Assembly (NCBI GenBank): GCA_973895155.1 | Contig: OZ316897.1 | Location: 832,515-896,514, forward strand | Reading direction: 5' to 3' | Source of the DNA: Marsupella aquatica | Taxonomy: Eukaryota; Plantae; Marchantiophyta | Length of the DNA stretch: 64,000 nucleotides | Part shown: piece by piece, positions 14,101-26,600 of the stretch | Numbering within the stretch: the stretch's first letter is position 1 | Layout: every line of letters starts with the position of its first letter | Translations under genes and position numbers: made by a program | Notes under the pieces: model-generated | The model's input: only the letters and a program-made list of their open reading frames with translations | What the model was told of the DNA's origin: nothing | Database searches by the model: none

Positions 14101-14658
14101 GGGAGGGGCAGAGCTAACCGGGTCAATAGGGGGCTGAGGCTGGGATTGTGCTTGCTGGCGACGATGGCACCGGCCCCGCCCGCGATGATGAGGGAGGGAG
14201 ATGCCAACCCATCCACAGTCAGGACAAGTATGCAGGGGACGCTCGTCTGGGGAGGGAGCAGGGAAAGACTGGACAGGAGGTGGGGGTGGAACAGATGTGG
14301 ACGAGGAGGCCGGAGGAGGATGATGAATGGGTGGAGGGGGAATGGGGTGGGGAGAGGAGCCAGGGCGACGATGGGGTGGGCAGTAGACGGGGGGGACTGG
14401 CAGAGCATCGGGCATGGGATCATCACGAAGATGAGAGAGATCCAGTGAAGAAGAGCAAACACGAAGACGGCCACGAGGGGGAGGGGAGGGGAGGACGGGG
14501 GAGAAGTGTGGGGTGGGGCTGGGCGCTTGCCCCGCGCCAACACTCTCAACGTAGACATGACAGGCCGCAACCCGATAAAAGCAAAAACGCATCAAGAAGC
14601 GACAAAAGGCCCAACCGAGGCATGTGAAAAGAAAGGGGAGGCGATGGAGAGAGCCCAC
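11159..14658 (-). pseudogene. CRE-like RT/RLE polyprotein with one frameshift near 13035
   Basis: N-terminal CPDC..H..H finger and Pro-rich linker. RT motifs AGGPSG, GVRPIAIGE..RL, QFAVG..GGCE, DVSNAFN, GTRQGDPLG, LSDD, LGSPVG and LPISQGGFG. CTC..H...C finger, then HDAVRD and RVDL..LADV..KEAKY (PD-D/ExK-like). Confidence 0.88.
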
Positions 14659-14882
14659 CGCATCAGGTCGAGAAACGGCGCCACCGCTAGCCTAGGAAAC
14701 CGTTGAGCAGGTGCAGGAACAGTAAGGAACAAAGCTGAAACGCCCGTCGATCTGTCCGTTGGGGAGTCGACGCGAGTGAAGATCTGCCCTCTAGATTGAG
14801 CGTGCGGCAACAGCTCCCGAAGGCAACAACCAATTGGAGGAGAAGCGATGGCCTAAGCCGATGTGACTCGCTCATACGTTGC

Positions 14883-15880
14883 CCCAAATCGAGTCGTGGA
14901 AACGCCAAGATCGCCAAACGCGCAGCCAATGTGAAAAAACGGCGAAACCTAAATCTGATGAAACTCGCTCAATTGGTGACCGTTTGGGGCGCAATTCATA
15001 TCGATCTTCACCGCCTCGCCAAGATCTTTCCAAAGCCGTCAAGAACACCCAGATCCGAAACTCCTGGAGAAAGTTATGACCCAAATGGAGTCGCGAAATC
15101 GCCAAAATGGTCAAATGCGCAGAAAAAGTGAAAAAACGGCAAAACCTAAATCCGATGTAACTCGTTCATAGGGTGACCGTTTGGGGCGCAAGTCATATCA
15201 ATCTTCATCGCCTCGCCAAGATCTTTCCAAATCCGTCAAGAACTCCCAGATCCGAATCTCCTGGAGAAAGTTACGACCCAAATTGAGTCGCGAAATCGTC
15301 AAATCGCCAAACGCGCAGAAAAAGTGAAAAAATGGCGAAACTTAAATCCGATGTAACTCGCTCATACGGTGACCGTTTGAGGCGCAAGTCGTATTGATCT
15401 TCACCGCCTCGCCAAGATCTTTCCAAAGCCGTCAAGAACTCCCAAATCCGAAACTCCCGGAGAAAGTTACGACCCAAATTGAGTCGCGAAATCGCCCAAA
15501 TCGCCAAACGCACAGAAAAAGTGAAAAATCGACGAAACTTAAATCCGACTTAATGCGCTCATACGGTGACCGTTTGGGGCGCAAGTCGTATCGATCTTCA
15601 CCGCCTCGCCAAGATCTTTCCAAAGCCGTCAAGAACTCACAAATCCGAAAATCGCGGAGAAAATTACAACCCAAATTGAGTCGCGAAATCGCCCAACGCA
15701 CAGAAAAAGTGAAAAAATGGCGAAAATTAAATCTGATGTAACTCGCTCATACGGTGACCGTTTGGGGCGCAATTCATATCGATCTTCACCGCCTCGCCAT
15801 GATCTTTTCAAATCAATCCAGAACTCCCAAATCCGAAACTCCTGGAGAAAGTTATGACACAAATCTAGTCACGAAATCTC
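14883..15880. repeat. ~196-bp tandem repeat x~5 at the 5' end of the non-LTR element
   Basis: ggtgaccgtttg(g/a)ggcgcaa at 14975, 15172, 15368, 15565 and 15753. Confidence 0.92.
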
Positions 15881-17969
15881 AAAACTGTCCCCTTGTCTCT
15901 ATTCTCTCAAACTGCAGAAACCTTTCAAATCTTGAATGAGTTAGAAACAAGATAATTTAAACTGTAGCTAATATAATTTTTTAGTGAAAGATCGCACAGC
16001 TGTATCACATGCAGTTGTACTTAGTGGATAGTATCGGGTGACCACAAACCACATGGGGAACTAATCAAGGAGTCTTCGTGCTCAATCTATCCAATGAGAC
16101 AATCCAATGGTACAAAAATATCCACGTACATAGTAGTTTAATATTTAATTATTCTTATAGTCAAATTTCCCGCTGTCTATCTAGGTTAGGTGAGGAGCCA
16201 CATAGCTAATTCTACGCAAATTGTCTGCCCTCATTCTCGCAAAAATGAGGAGAAGAAGACAAGATGAATGGGCCCATATCTACCCATATCTACCGAAGGC
16301 CAGGCAGTCACATTTCCATCTTTCATTTCAATTCCTGTCTCTGAGTGTTGAGAATAGCATTGAGGTGGAATGCTTCTGACAAGACAGAAGGCGGGACTAA
16401 GCGCTTCACAGCTGGGATCTCAGTTGTTGACTGCATGTAGTCTTACGATCAATTGCTTGTTTCAATTGTAGTCACTTAGAAATAAAACATTGTATCAATC
16501 TTACTAATTCTTTGTGTTTGCCTGACATTGAAAAATGTATGCAAAAATATGAGTACAGGCAGGTGCTCTACAAGATGGAATTGAGCGCAGCCCTTTCCTT
16601 TCCTATTCCTTGCCTAGCCCGCTGCATCCCTTTCCTTGCCTAGCTCGCTGCATCCCTTCCAATCCAACCCCTTCCAAGACCCATCCATTCACGGCTGGCC
16701 AACCACTATAACCTTCTATCCAAACCTTGTTTCTTGACACTTACGCCTATACATGTATCGAGGTATGATATCGAATCTATGAGTGCTCAATTTTGCTACT
16801 TGTTTTATTTTAATTTGTCTCCATGTAATCAGATTGTTAATGAGCTCCATTCCCGAATGGCGCAGATCATATATTTGGCGCAGATCATTCTTGTTTGCTG
16901 CAAATGGTGATTGTGGAGGCTCTCATAGGTAGTTTACGTTGGCTCAAACTTCAGTGCTCACATGAAGATTGGCTCTCTGCCTGCCCGTTCATGTGCTCAT
17001 AGTTCAACCATTTTGGTCCCCTGGTCTACAAAGGTGAACCTATTGTTTATCAATGGTGTGATCAAACTGGCGCAGCCAGCCGCGCCATCTTTATGAGTAA
17101 TTACGTTGTTGAGATACTACGCATGCATCCCTTGACAATTCCTCTCTAATGACTTACTAATTTGTACATTCGTTCTGCTCTGATTTTTTGTCCACGTACA
17201 GGCTGAATACTCATCAGGCAGGCCGGCAGCTGCACTCCATGCTTACTTGTAAGTTGTGGAGAACTGTACTGTATGTTTTTGTTGTTCTTCATTACTGACT
17301 TGTGCTAACCTTCACCCTCTCTGGTTCTGAGTTGCAGGCTGATCGAGTACCGGGGTTCAGTATGCATACCGGTAGCCTACACTCCGTCCTCGTAAGTTGT
17401 TGAGAACTTTACTTCACGCCTTCAACATTACCTTTTGTTATTGATTTGTACTAACTTTTATACTCTCTGGATTGCAGGACTGGTTGAGTATGTCGATCTT
17501 TCATATTGGAGAATTCATATAATCAATGAACTTGCACATTAAACAATTCACGTCACCTGTACCTGTAATATCATGACTTAAAACCGAATTGATCTGAAGT
17601 CCCATTTGATGTGTCGGGGACACTGCTTTTGTGTGCTGAGTACACTGATCGATTAAACCCGAGCTTGATCTTTATTTTTTCTTCTTCTTAGCTGTACATG
17701 TGGAGCCGCGGATTCACGTGTGCAGTGGTGGGTGTGTTGTTGATCTTTTCTGATTTGTTTGAACCAATTGTCTTGGGACATTTGGGAGGGGCCCTTACCC
17801 AATGTTCCGTGAACTATGATGATTGCCACGTCATGAACCACGCTGCTGATGAAAGCGATTGCGTAATTAATTCATGGTGGCCTGAGTTCTCTTGGTGTGA
17901 AATTGTTTGGTATACAATTGTTTGTTGAAAGCAAATCTTTGAATTGTGTCGACGCCTCCAATCATGCGC

Positions 17970-18410
17970 ACATCCAACACTGAAACACATCCAATGCTGA
18001 ACTAATAGTGAACCCAAACCACACTCTTAATGACCACATCTAATACGGAACCACATCCAATACGGAACCACATCCAATGCTGAACCAATATTTAGTGAAC
18101 CCAAACCACACTCTTAATGACCACATTGAATACAGAACCACATCCAAACCACACTCTTCATGACCATTAATTAAATCTAAACACTACCCGCTGTATCTGA
18201 AAGAATTCGAACCCAGATCATGCACAGTCACTTTATATTAATGACCAGACCCACATCCAACGTTGAACCAATGGTGAACCCAAACCACACTATTAATGAC
18301 CATTCAGACATTCGGTACACCAATATTTAAGCAATGATGCAATCCCATGTATGTAAACGAATTTGAACCCAAATCATGCGCGCGCACTATATATTAATGA
18401 CCAATTCAGA
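17970..18410. repeat. Degenerate short-unit tandem repeat
   Basis: Recurrent gaacccaaaccacactcttaatgacca and cacatccaa blocks. Confidence 0.7.
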
Positions 18411-19499
18411 CAAGCCAAACTATTACGTCCTGTATGAACAATAATTTGGAGGCAGGTGAGTAGAAAATAATGCACACGCATCCCACTCACAGCAATCACA
18501 TTTCTGCATGTGCAATTGCTGCCATGTTTAAAGATAATCAGATCTAAAACTATTAAGGTGCTCTGATTTTACGTACGTAAAACAAATTCCAATCCAATCC
18601 AATCAAATCAAATCCTATTGTGTATACCACACCCTGAACATACCATGGATCCAAATCTGATTTGATCAGAAGAACTGTAGGAACTCCCTAGATCGAGCCC
18701 GTCTCCTTTCATTTGGCTCCCTCCAGGCCCAAAGATCTACCGAATGTACATTGTTTTGTCTAGTCTAGGGAATCCCCATACATAAGCAAGCTACGTACAG
18801 CTTGCATATGGTTGTACGTACTTAGCTTGCTTATGTATGGCTTACGATGAGCAATTCAATTCAAGGGGGTCCTACCTTCAGCCGGGCTTTCAGCACCTAC
18901 ATATAGAGTGCACAGCTCAAAATTTAATCTAGCTAGGGAAGGATGCAGTATTTGTGGGCAGGCAGCCGTAGAGGGATTATAAAAGTTCTTTATTTGACTA
19001 AGTGTTGATAGTGGACTGTTTCCGATGGCCAAAACAGTTTTGTATTCATGTACAGTTTCAACTTCAGTCTATTTACTAGAATAGACAAAAAGAAGCGCAC
19101 ATCATCAGATCAAGAGCGCCTCCTTAAAAAACAAACTAACTGTCTGAGAAATACCAGCAGTACTAGCCTATCGCCCTCTTTTGTTACTAAACTGGATGCC
19201 TGGCTTTCTCTTCCTGCATTTGTGGCAATTGCTATAAATATCTGAACACAGATATCAATTGATGGGGTATCTCAACACATTAGTCCTGGTAGGCTTTAGG
19301 TCGATGGGGGAAGGTGAGACCAGGTCCTGCAAAATTATATTATCGGTAGGGGCATATATATATATTACAATGTTAGTATTCTATCTAGTTAGAGGTGGAA
19401 CAACCTAACCTTTGGAAATTAATATGAGAAAGTATTTTCAGGATATGTTTAGTGCTGGAACCCTGTGTGAAACTTAACCCTTCTTGTACTAACCCTGTC

Positions 19500-20615
19500 T
19501 AAACGTATACATGACAATAAATATGTGCCCCACAACACTAGCTAATGCCCAACTCTCTTGTATGTCTTACTACATGATATATAATTATATGTAATGAAAC
19601 TGGACCTTGGTGACTGGAAGGATTTGACACAATTTTGAGTTGAACCCCCATGATCCCTTACACAAGTACGACTTGACTTTGAATAATGAGTTTCTTGCTT
19701 AATTTAATTATGGGTGCATGTCAAGTACGTAGGCAAATAGAGTTGTTGCTTATAAACGATATCATATTTAGAGAAACCACGACTATCCAAAAATATGTGG
19801 GCCAAGAAATTAGCTAATCAATATAATGTCCAAGTCTTAGGTATATCAAGCTACATGCCTTTAAGCAATGTAGACCTTAGTTTAAAGGATTGATAACTAA
19901 GAAAATAGTTTAACCCCCACACTTTAGACAGCTACAGCTTGACTTTGACTAATTAATTTCAGGGTGCATGCCAAGAAGGTAAATGGAGTGGTTGGTTCTA
20001 AATAACATCCTAGATAAACCATGATTGTCTAGAAATAGGCAGGCCACAAACTAAAACTAGCTAATATATTGTCCTGGCTAGTCTTTTGTGTGTCTGGCTA
20101 CTTACATACATCTAATAATCGAACTGGACCTTAGTGTACACGATTTGATACAATTTTGAGCTATATCCCAACCTTACACAACCTTAACATGACTTTGACT
20201 GATTAATTACAGGATGCATGCCAAGTACGCAAATCCAATGGGTGGTCAATGTCAAACGCATCATACATAAACCCTGACTATCTCGAAATAAGTGGGCCAC
20301 AAAACTAGCTAAGTTCAAAGTTTCTTTTGTATGTATAGCTCCATATATTTAATCAAACTAGAGGGTATACAGGAGTTGATATAATCTTGAGCACCCGGCC
20401 CCATCCCTCACCCAACTACAATGCAACTTTGAATAATTAATTTTGATTAGTGTCCTGGGTTCAGCGTGCATGCAAAGTAGGCCAACAAAGAGGGTCGTTT
20501 TGAATGACATCATATAGACAAACCATGGCTACCTGGAAATGTGTGGGCCAAAAAACCTGCTAATGAGCCCCCGGCCACTCCTCACACAACCACAAGGTGA
20601 CTTTGGCAAATTAAT
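19500..20615. repeat. Old degenerate ~250-bp tandem repeat x~4.5
   Basis: g(g/c)(g/a)tgcatg.caag anchor at ~19712, 19962, 20212 and 20464, each followed by ..gggcca.aa..ctagctaa-like sequence. Confidence 0.7.
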
Positions 20616-20619
20616 CTCT

Positions 20620-22630
20620 GGTGTACTCTAACATGTTTTGGGTACCCAAAACTCCTCTAAACTGTTTTGGGGTATTGTAGGGTACTCTAAGGCATTTGGG
20701 GTACCCTGTCTTAGTGCTGAGGACTCTAGGGTACTTTAAGACAATGGCAGCACCCCTTGGGGCACCCTACTATATATAAATAGTCTAAAGTAATGTCAAG
20801 GGGTACTCCTAATATATGTTGCATATCTTGTGGTAGTCTACATAACTCTGGGGTGCTCTAAGATGTTTTGCGTACCCAAACCTCCTCTAAACTATTTTGG
20901 GGTACATAATCTAGGGGTACTCTAAGGCATTATTTTGGAGTACCCTGTGGTAGTGTTGGGGACTCTGGGGTACTTTAACATAATCCGGGCACCCTCCTAT
21001 AGTCTAAAGTAATGTTAGGGGGTACCCTAAATAACATATGTTGGATATATTGTTGTAGTCTAGAGAACTCTGGGTACTCTAAGATGATTTGGGTACCCAA
21101 ACCTCCTCTGAACTATTTTGGGGGTTATTCTAGAGTACTCTAAGCCATTTGGGGTACCCTATGGTAGTGTTTTCAGGACTCTGGGGTACTTTAAGATACA
21201 TAATGGGGGCACCCTCCTCTAGTCTAAAGTAATGTCACTGGGTACTCTAAATAATATATGTTGGGTAGTGGTAGTCTAGAGAACTCTGGGGTACTCTAAG
21301 ATGTTTTGGGTACGCAAACCTCCTCTGAACTATTTTATGGGTATTCTAGCGTATTCTAGGCATTTCGGGTACCCTGTGGTAGTGTTGGGGACTTTGGAGA
21401 CTCTGGGGTACTTTAAGATAATGGGGCCACCCTAGTATAGCCCGAAATAATGTCACTGGGTACCTACTCTAATACTCTTGGGTATCTTGTGGTACTCTAG
21501 AAAACTCTGGGGTACTCTAAGATGTTTTGGGTACCCAAATCTCCTCTGAACTATTTTTGGGTATTCTAGGGTACTCTAGGCATTTTCGGGTACCCTGTGG
21601 TAGTGTTGGGGACTTTGGGGACTCTGGGGTACTTTAAGATAATGGGGGCACCCTAGTATAGCCCGAAATAATGTCACGGGGTACTCTAATACTTTTGGGT
21701 ATCTTGAGGTACTCTAGAAAACTCTGGGGTACTCTAAGATGTTTTGGGTACCCAAATCTCCTCTGAACTATTTTTGGGTATTCTAGGGTACTCTAGGCAT
21801 TTTGGGTACCCTGTGGTAGTGTTGGGGACTTTGGGGACTCTGGGGTACTTTAAGATAATGGGGGCACCCTAGTATAGCCCGAAATAATGTCACGGGGTAC
21901 TCTAATACTTTTGGGTATCTTGTGGTACTCTAGAAAACTCTGGGGTACTCTGAGATGTTTTGGGTACCCAAATCTCCTCTGAACTATTTTGGGGTATTCT
22001 AAGGTAGTCTTACATTTTTTGTGTATCTTGTGGTAGTCTAGAAAACTGTGGGGTACTTTAAAATGTTTTGGGTACCCAATCCTCCTCTGAACTGTTTTGG
22101 GATATGCTAGGGTACTCTTAGGCATTTGGGGTACCCTATGGTAGTTCGGGGAACTCTTGGGTAATTTAAGATAATGGGGGCAACCTACTATATATAATTA
22201 TTTGAAAGCAATGTCACGGGGTACTCTAGAAAGAAAACTCTGGGGTACTCTAAGATATTTTGGGTACCCAAATCTCCTCTGAACTGTTTTGGGGTATCCT
22301 AGGGTAGTCTTACATTTTTTGTGTATCTTGTGGTACTCTAGAAAACTGTGGGGTACTTTAAATGTGTAGGGTACCCAATCCTCCTCTGAACTGTTTTGGG
22401 GTATTCTAGGGTACTCTTAGGCATTTGGGGTACCCTATGGTAGTGTTGGGGACTCTGGGGTACTTTAAAACAATGTGGGCACCCTACTATGGTCTTAAGT
22501 AATATTGTGGGGTACTCTTATATTTTATGGGTATCGTGTGGTAGTCTAGAAAACTCTAGGGTACTCTATGATGTTTTGGGTACCCTAAACTCCTCTAAAC
22601 TGTTGTAGGATAGTTTGAGATATTCTAGGG
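20620..22630. repeat. Satellite, ~218-bp unit built from GGGTAC(T/C)CT sub-repeats
   Basis: gatgttttgggtacccaaa.ctcctctgaact recurs ~11 times. The central units are nearly identical; half-units occur at the right. Confidence 0.92.
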
Positions 22631-23651
22631 TAGGCCTGAGTCATAGAGCTTTCAATCCACTTAGGCTTCAAATTTTGAAGCCTATGTAGGATGCTCGGGA
22701 GACATTGCATGTGTTATATAAAATGCAAAAGATTAATTTACTTAGGCACATTAAACTAGCATCGTACCCTACAGAACCACTCCGGTTGGTTACCACATTG
22801 GCTGGCTCAAAGAATATGCTAGCCCTGCTACCAAGAAGAGTATCATCCCTCCCGAATTTGCCATCAATGTAGTGTGCCATTCATTCCACACGATATGCAG
22901 CTAGCTGCTAAAATAGGAGAAAATAGAGTGCGCTACAGTCATGGAATGTCCCGTCTAGATATATTACTTTTCCTACTTAAACATAGTGCGCTAGTGATAT
23001 GCAGAGTCACTCATAATCATTGATCATATGATATGAATTTCCATCACGTACTGAATAAATTCATTAGTAGATTACAGTTTCGGAAAAGCGGCAAAAAATA
23101 AGATACTTCAGAACTTGCTCGTTTCATCCATCTAGAATTGGTCTATAACCACAAAATTTTGATATTAACTTGGTCCTTAAGGTAAAACATCTTCACCCAT
23201 TTCAATTATTGAGTCAAAGATAAAGATATATTCTAGAAAGGCTAGACACCAAAGAAATTCCGCATGCGCAAAGGTGTGATGGCTCATAAGCTAAATCACG
23301 CAAGGTGTGAAGTTTCAATAACTACAGCTGGTGGAAATAATAGGCGACTAGCTACTTTTGTCAACTAGTTGGCCAGTGGAAATAATAGGCCACTAGCTAC
23401 TTTTGTCAAATAGTAGGCCCGCTGGCCAAATGTTCGGACAGATATATAGGCACACCTGAGGAGGCTGCTTCTGAGGACATCTTGGATCTTGGATGGAGCT
23501 TGTTAGGCGCTCATTTATGTTAGTCATTTTAAGTCTGCGTACTCTGTGGTATATAGGGTTGAGGAATGAACGAGTGCCTCCATAGCTCACACCACGACGA
23601 GGGCTAGGGTCGAGGAATGAACTGGTGCCTCCATAGCTCACACCGACCACG

Positions 23652-26600
23652 ATGCCTGTTCAAGGGAAAGTAAAATGTACCTGCAAGTACAAATGCTCGC
23701 AATTTGTGCGAGGGTTTGATATGGTGAGTCCAAAAACACTGAAAAGGCATTCAGCACTGGACGCTGAAGGCAAGGTATGTGCAGCTAAGCTTATTGTGGA
23801 GCGTGGTCAATTCAATGGCGGAGGTTGTCAAACAAGCGATGGTGCGAACACATACTTCCCAGGTGTTCAATTGTCGCGACAACAGCAATGGAGGCTTAGG
23901 CAAAAAACTCCGCTGTACAGGGCTCTAACAGGAGGCTATAGTTGTGAGGAATTGACTGCAATTAATGGCCATCCAGAGTATATGGATGTTGATGCAAACG
24001 GTATACCTCCCAGGATGCAATACGGGATCCACATATTGCCTCAATCAAGGCTGGGTCTAGACTAGGCAATTTATCGGGAGACATGGAAACTACAGTCTAT
24101 GCTAGATGAGGCAAAGATGCCTCAGAAATTGCAAGACAACATTTTGAAAATGCTCCATGGGACAAATCAGAAATCTGGAGCAACTGGGAAGCAGACCACA
24201 TCGAATGACTTTGGTGCCCAAGAATTGGGAGAACTCCTCAAACATGCTGGGGTGTCCTGGGATGGAGGGCTGCATGGATCTGCTTCACTGTCATCCTTCA
24301 AGGGCTTGTGCAGCACATTCAAAGCATATGGGATGCCAATGACTCAGCGCTGGAGAATGTGTATAGGATGTAAAAAGAAATGGCATGTTCCGCAGCTGTT
24401 AGGGCCCTCAGATCAAGACGACTATAATGTTTCAACTGGAGTCAAGTGCCAATGTTCAAACCGACTTGAAGATCCCAGAAAAAAGTGGTTGTTGGCCAGG
24501 GATTGTGCCCAATGTTCAGAAATTTGTCCACAAGTAGGTTGCGGCAAGGTTCGGAAGGACATGATTGTGTTTGAATATTTCCCGATTGGACCTGTATTGA
24601 GGAAGCTATGTAGTAGTCGGTCAATTTGTCATGAATTCCAGGCAATGTGGAGGGATAAAGATAAATGGTTCAGAAAGGATTTAGCTTCGAGACCTGTTTA
24701 CACAGAATGGTGGGATGGCAACAGAGCCGCTGAGCTCTCTTACTTTTGGGACTTAAGCAATGAATTTGAGGTCCCAGTGTTGTGCAGAAAATGTTATGCA
24801 TGCTATGCAACTCTTCCCCAAAAATGTCCAGAGTTATTGAACAAGGGCAATTGGGATGAAACGAGCCAGCAATACGACTTCCAATGCAGGGATTGCGGAG
24901 GTAGAGTGACGTCCACTCCAGCTTTTGCTAAGGTGAACTTACTTACTATCAAGAACTTTTAATTTGATTTAGCAACCTAGGTCCAAAATGTGTACTGATA
25001 TGTGATTAGTACTTTGTCATTGATCAGGGTGACCCACGAAACATTGGCCTTATGGCACATTGGGATGGATTTCAGTCCACCACAACTACCCATAAAAGCA
25101 CATGGACTGTGGAAGTTCAAGTGCTAAACTCTGGGTCATCATCCAGAATACCTCCCATCCCTGTGCTCTTCATTCCACCGATCGAAGACGACAATGCTCA
25201 AAAGAAGGCACTAAATTGCTTGGATGCTTTCTTAGAACCATTCATAAGGGAATTGGAAGAGTTGCTTGTGGACGGAATTGAGGTTGATTACAACTATCCT
25301 GTGGAATTAATAGATGAAACTCATGTTCTACTTGATCAGAGATTTGTGCTCAGAGCGAACCTAACAATTTTCACAGGGGATCATCCTGCCCAGTGTAAAT
25401 TTGGGGGTTGGAATACTACTGGTCATTCTGCTTGTAGAAATTGTAAGATGAGTAGTAGATGGATTAAATACAAATCGCCTGTAGACGGAGGTTCAACTAT
25501 CCAATCAACCAGGGCACCCTTCCTAGGAAGGGCAGTGTATGACAACAACAGGCGGCAAATGAGATATTCACCACCTGCCAGACAAATAGAGGAAGTGAAA
25601 GAGGGAGCCAGACGATGGACCAAGGCTTCTTCCAAGCAAGAGAAGAGTGCAATTAGTAGGGAGTTTGGGGTTTCTGGTATGACCCGAGCTTGGAGGCTAC
25701 ACGACCTTACTGGGTTTTGCTTGATGAAGGATCTGGTTTATGACACCATGCATATCCTGGCATTGTGTTTGTTCAAGAAATATTGTGAGCTGTTAATTAG
25801 TAGCATTTCCCGTTCAGATCAAAAGCTTTTTGAAGATGCTTTAGAGGAAGTGACGGCCAGGCGTCCAAAGGGATTTGATGGCAGGTGGCCCAAAAAACCA
25901 TTCGATAGGTTAGGCTATTTTAAAGCTGAGGAGTTCACCAGATTCATAATATATTGTGTGCCACACATTCTTCATGAGGTGGGAATTAGACTTGATTCTC
26001 AACTTGGAATGCTAGGAATCCTTTTGGTAGAGATTGCTTGCTTGTTCTACATCAGGAGCAGGGACGAAGGGTGGACAACAGAGACCTTGAACAAAGGCAG
26101 GTCTCTTTTGGCCTCTTGGCGGGTTAGGTCCGAAGAAGCTTGGGGGCCAACTGGAGCTATTCTAGACCACGTTGCAGGTAAGACAACGCTAGTTACAAGT
26201 TGAAGATTTGGAAGAGAAATTGGATATACAATGTGACTGTGTATCGATCATGTGACTTAAATTTTTAGTCGCTTTCAATGATAATAGTCCAATCTTACAA
26301 TGAGTTGTATATGGGTGATATTGGATCAGGGAGTGGTGAGATCTTTGATGGGATTGAAAGACATGGCCCTCATCATGTTTATTGGTGCTACCGGTTTGAG
26401 AGAATGGTATCTGATTATGGACGCACCAGAACCAATCAAAAAGATCAGGAAGTTACTTACTCCCTCCATTTTGCAAGAAGATTTTTCACTAAAATCTGTA
26501 TCTACATTTGGGAGGATGACGATGGACTGTTCCCCCACCAGAGGGCAGTAGCCAAAGTGCATGCGTCCTTGCGAGTTACTTCTGCACATAAAAGGGAACA

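Larger units (their letters stand above)
10905..15885 (-). mobile_element. Non-LTR retrotransposon of the single-ORF RLE (restriction-like endonuclease) type, CRE-like; boundaries approximate
   Basis: RT plus CCHC plus RLE ORF, a pyrimidine-rich 3' UTR (~10905-11158) and 5' tandem repeats. No clear poly(A) or TSD seen. Confidence 0.8.

Noticed and set aside
12857-14706. Plus-strand and alternative-frame ORFs over the non-LTR element
   Set aside because: Shadow ORFs of a GC-rich coding region.
14796-15939. Multiple short ORFs with repeated peptides
   Set aside because: They are translations of the 196-bp tandem repeat.
21850-22125. 91-aa ORF
   Set aside because: Lies within the 218-bp satellite.
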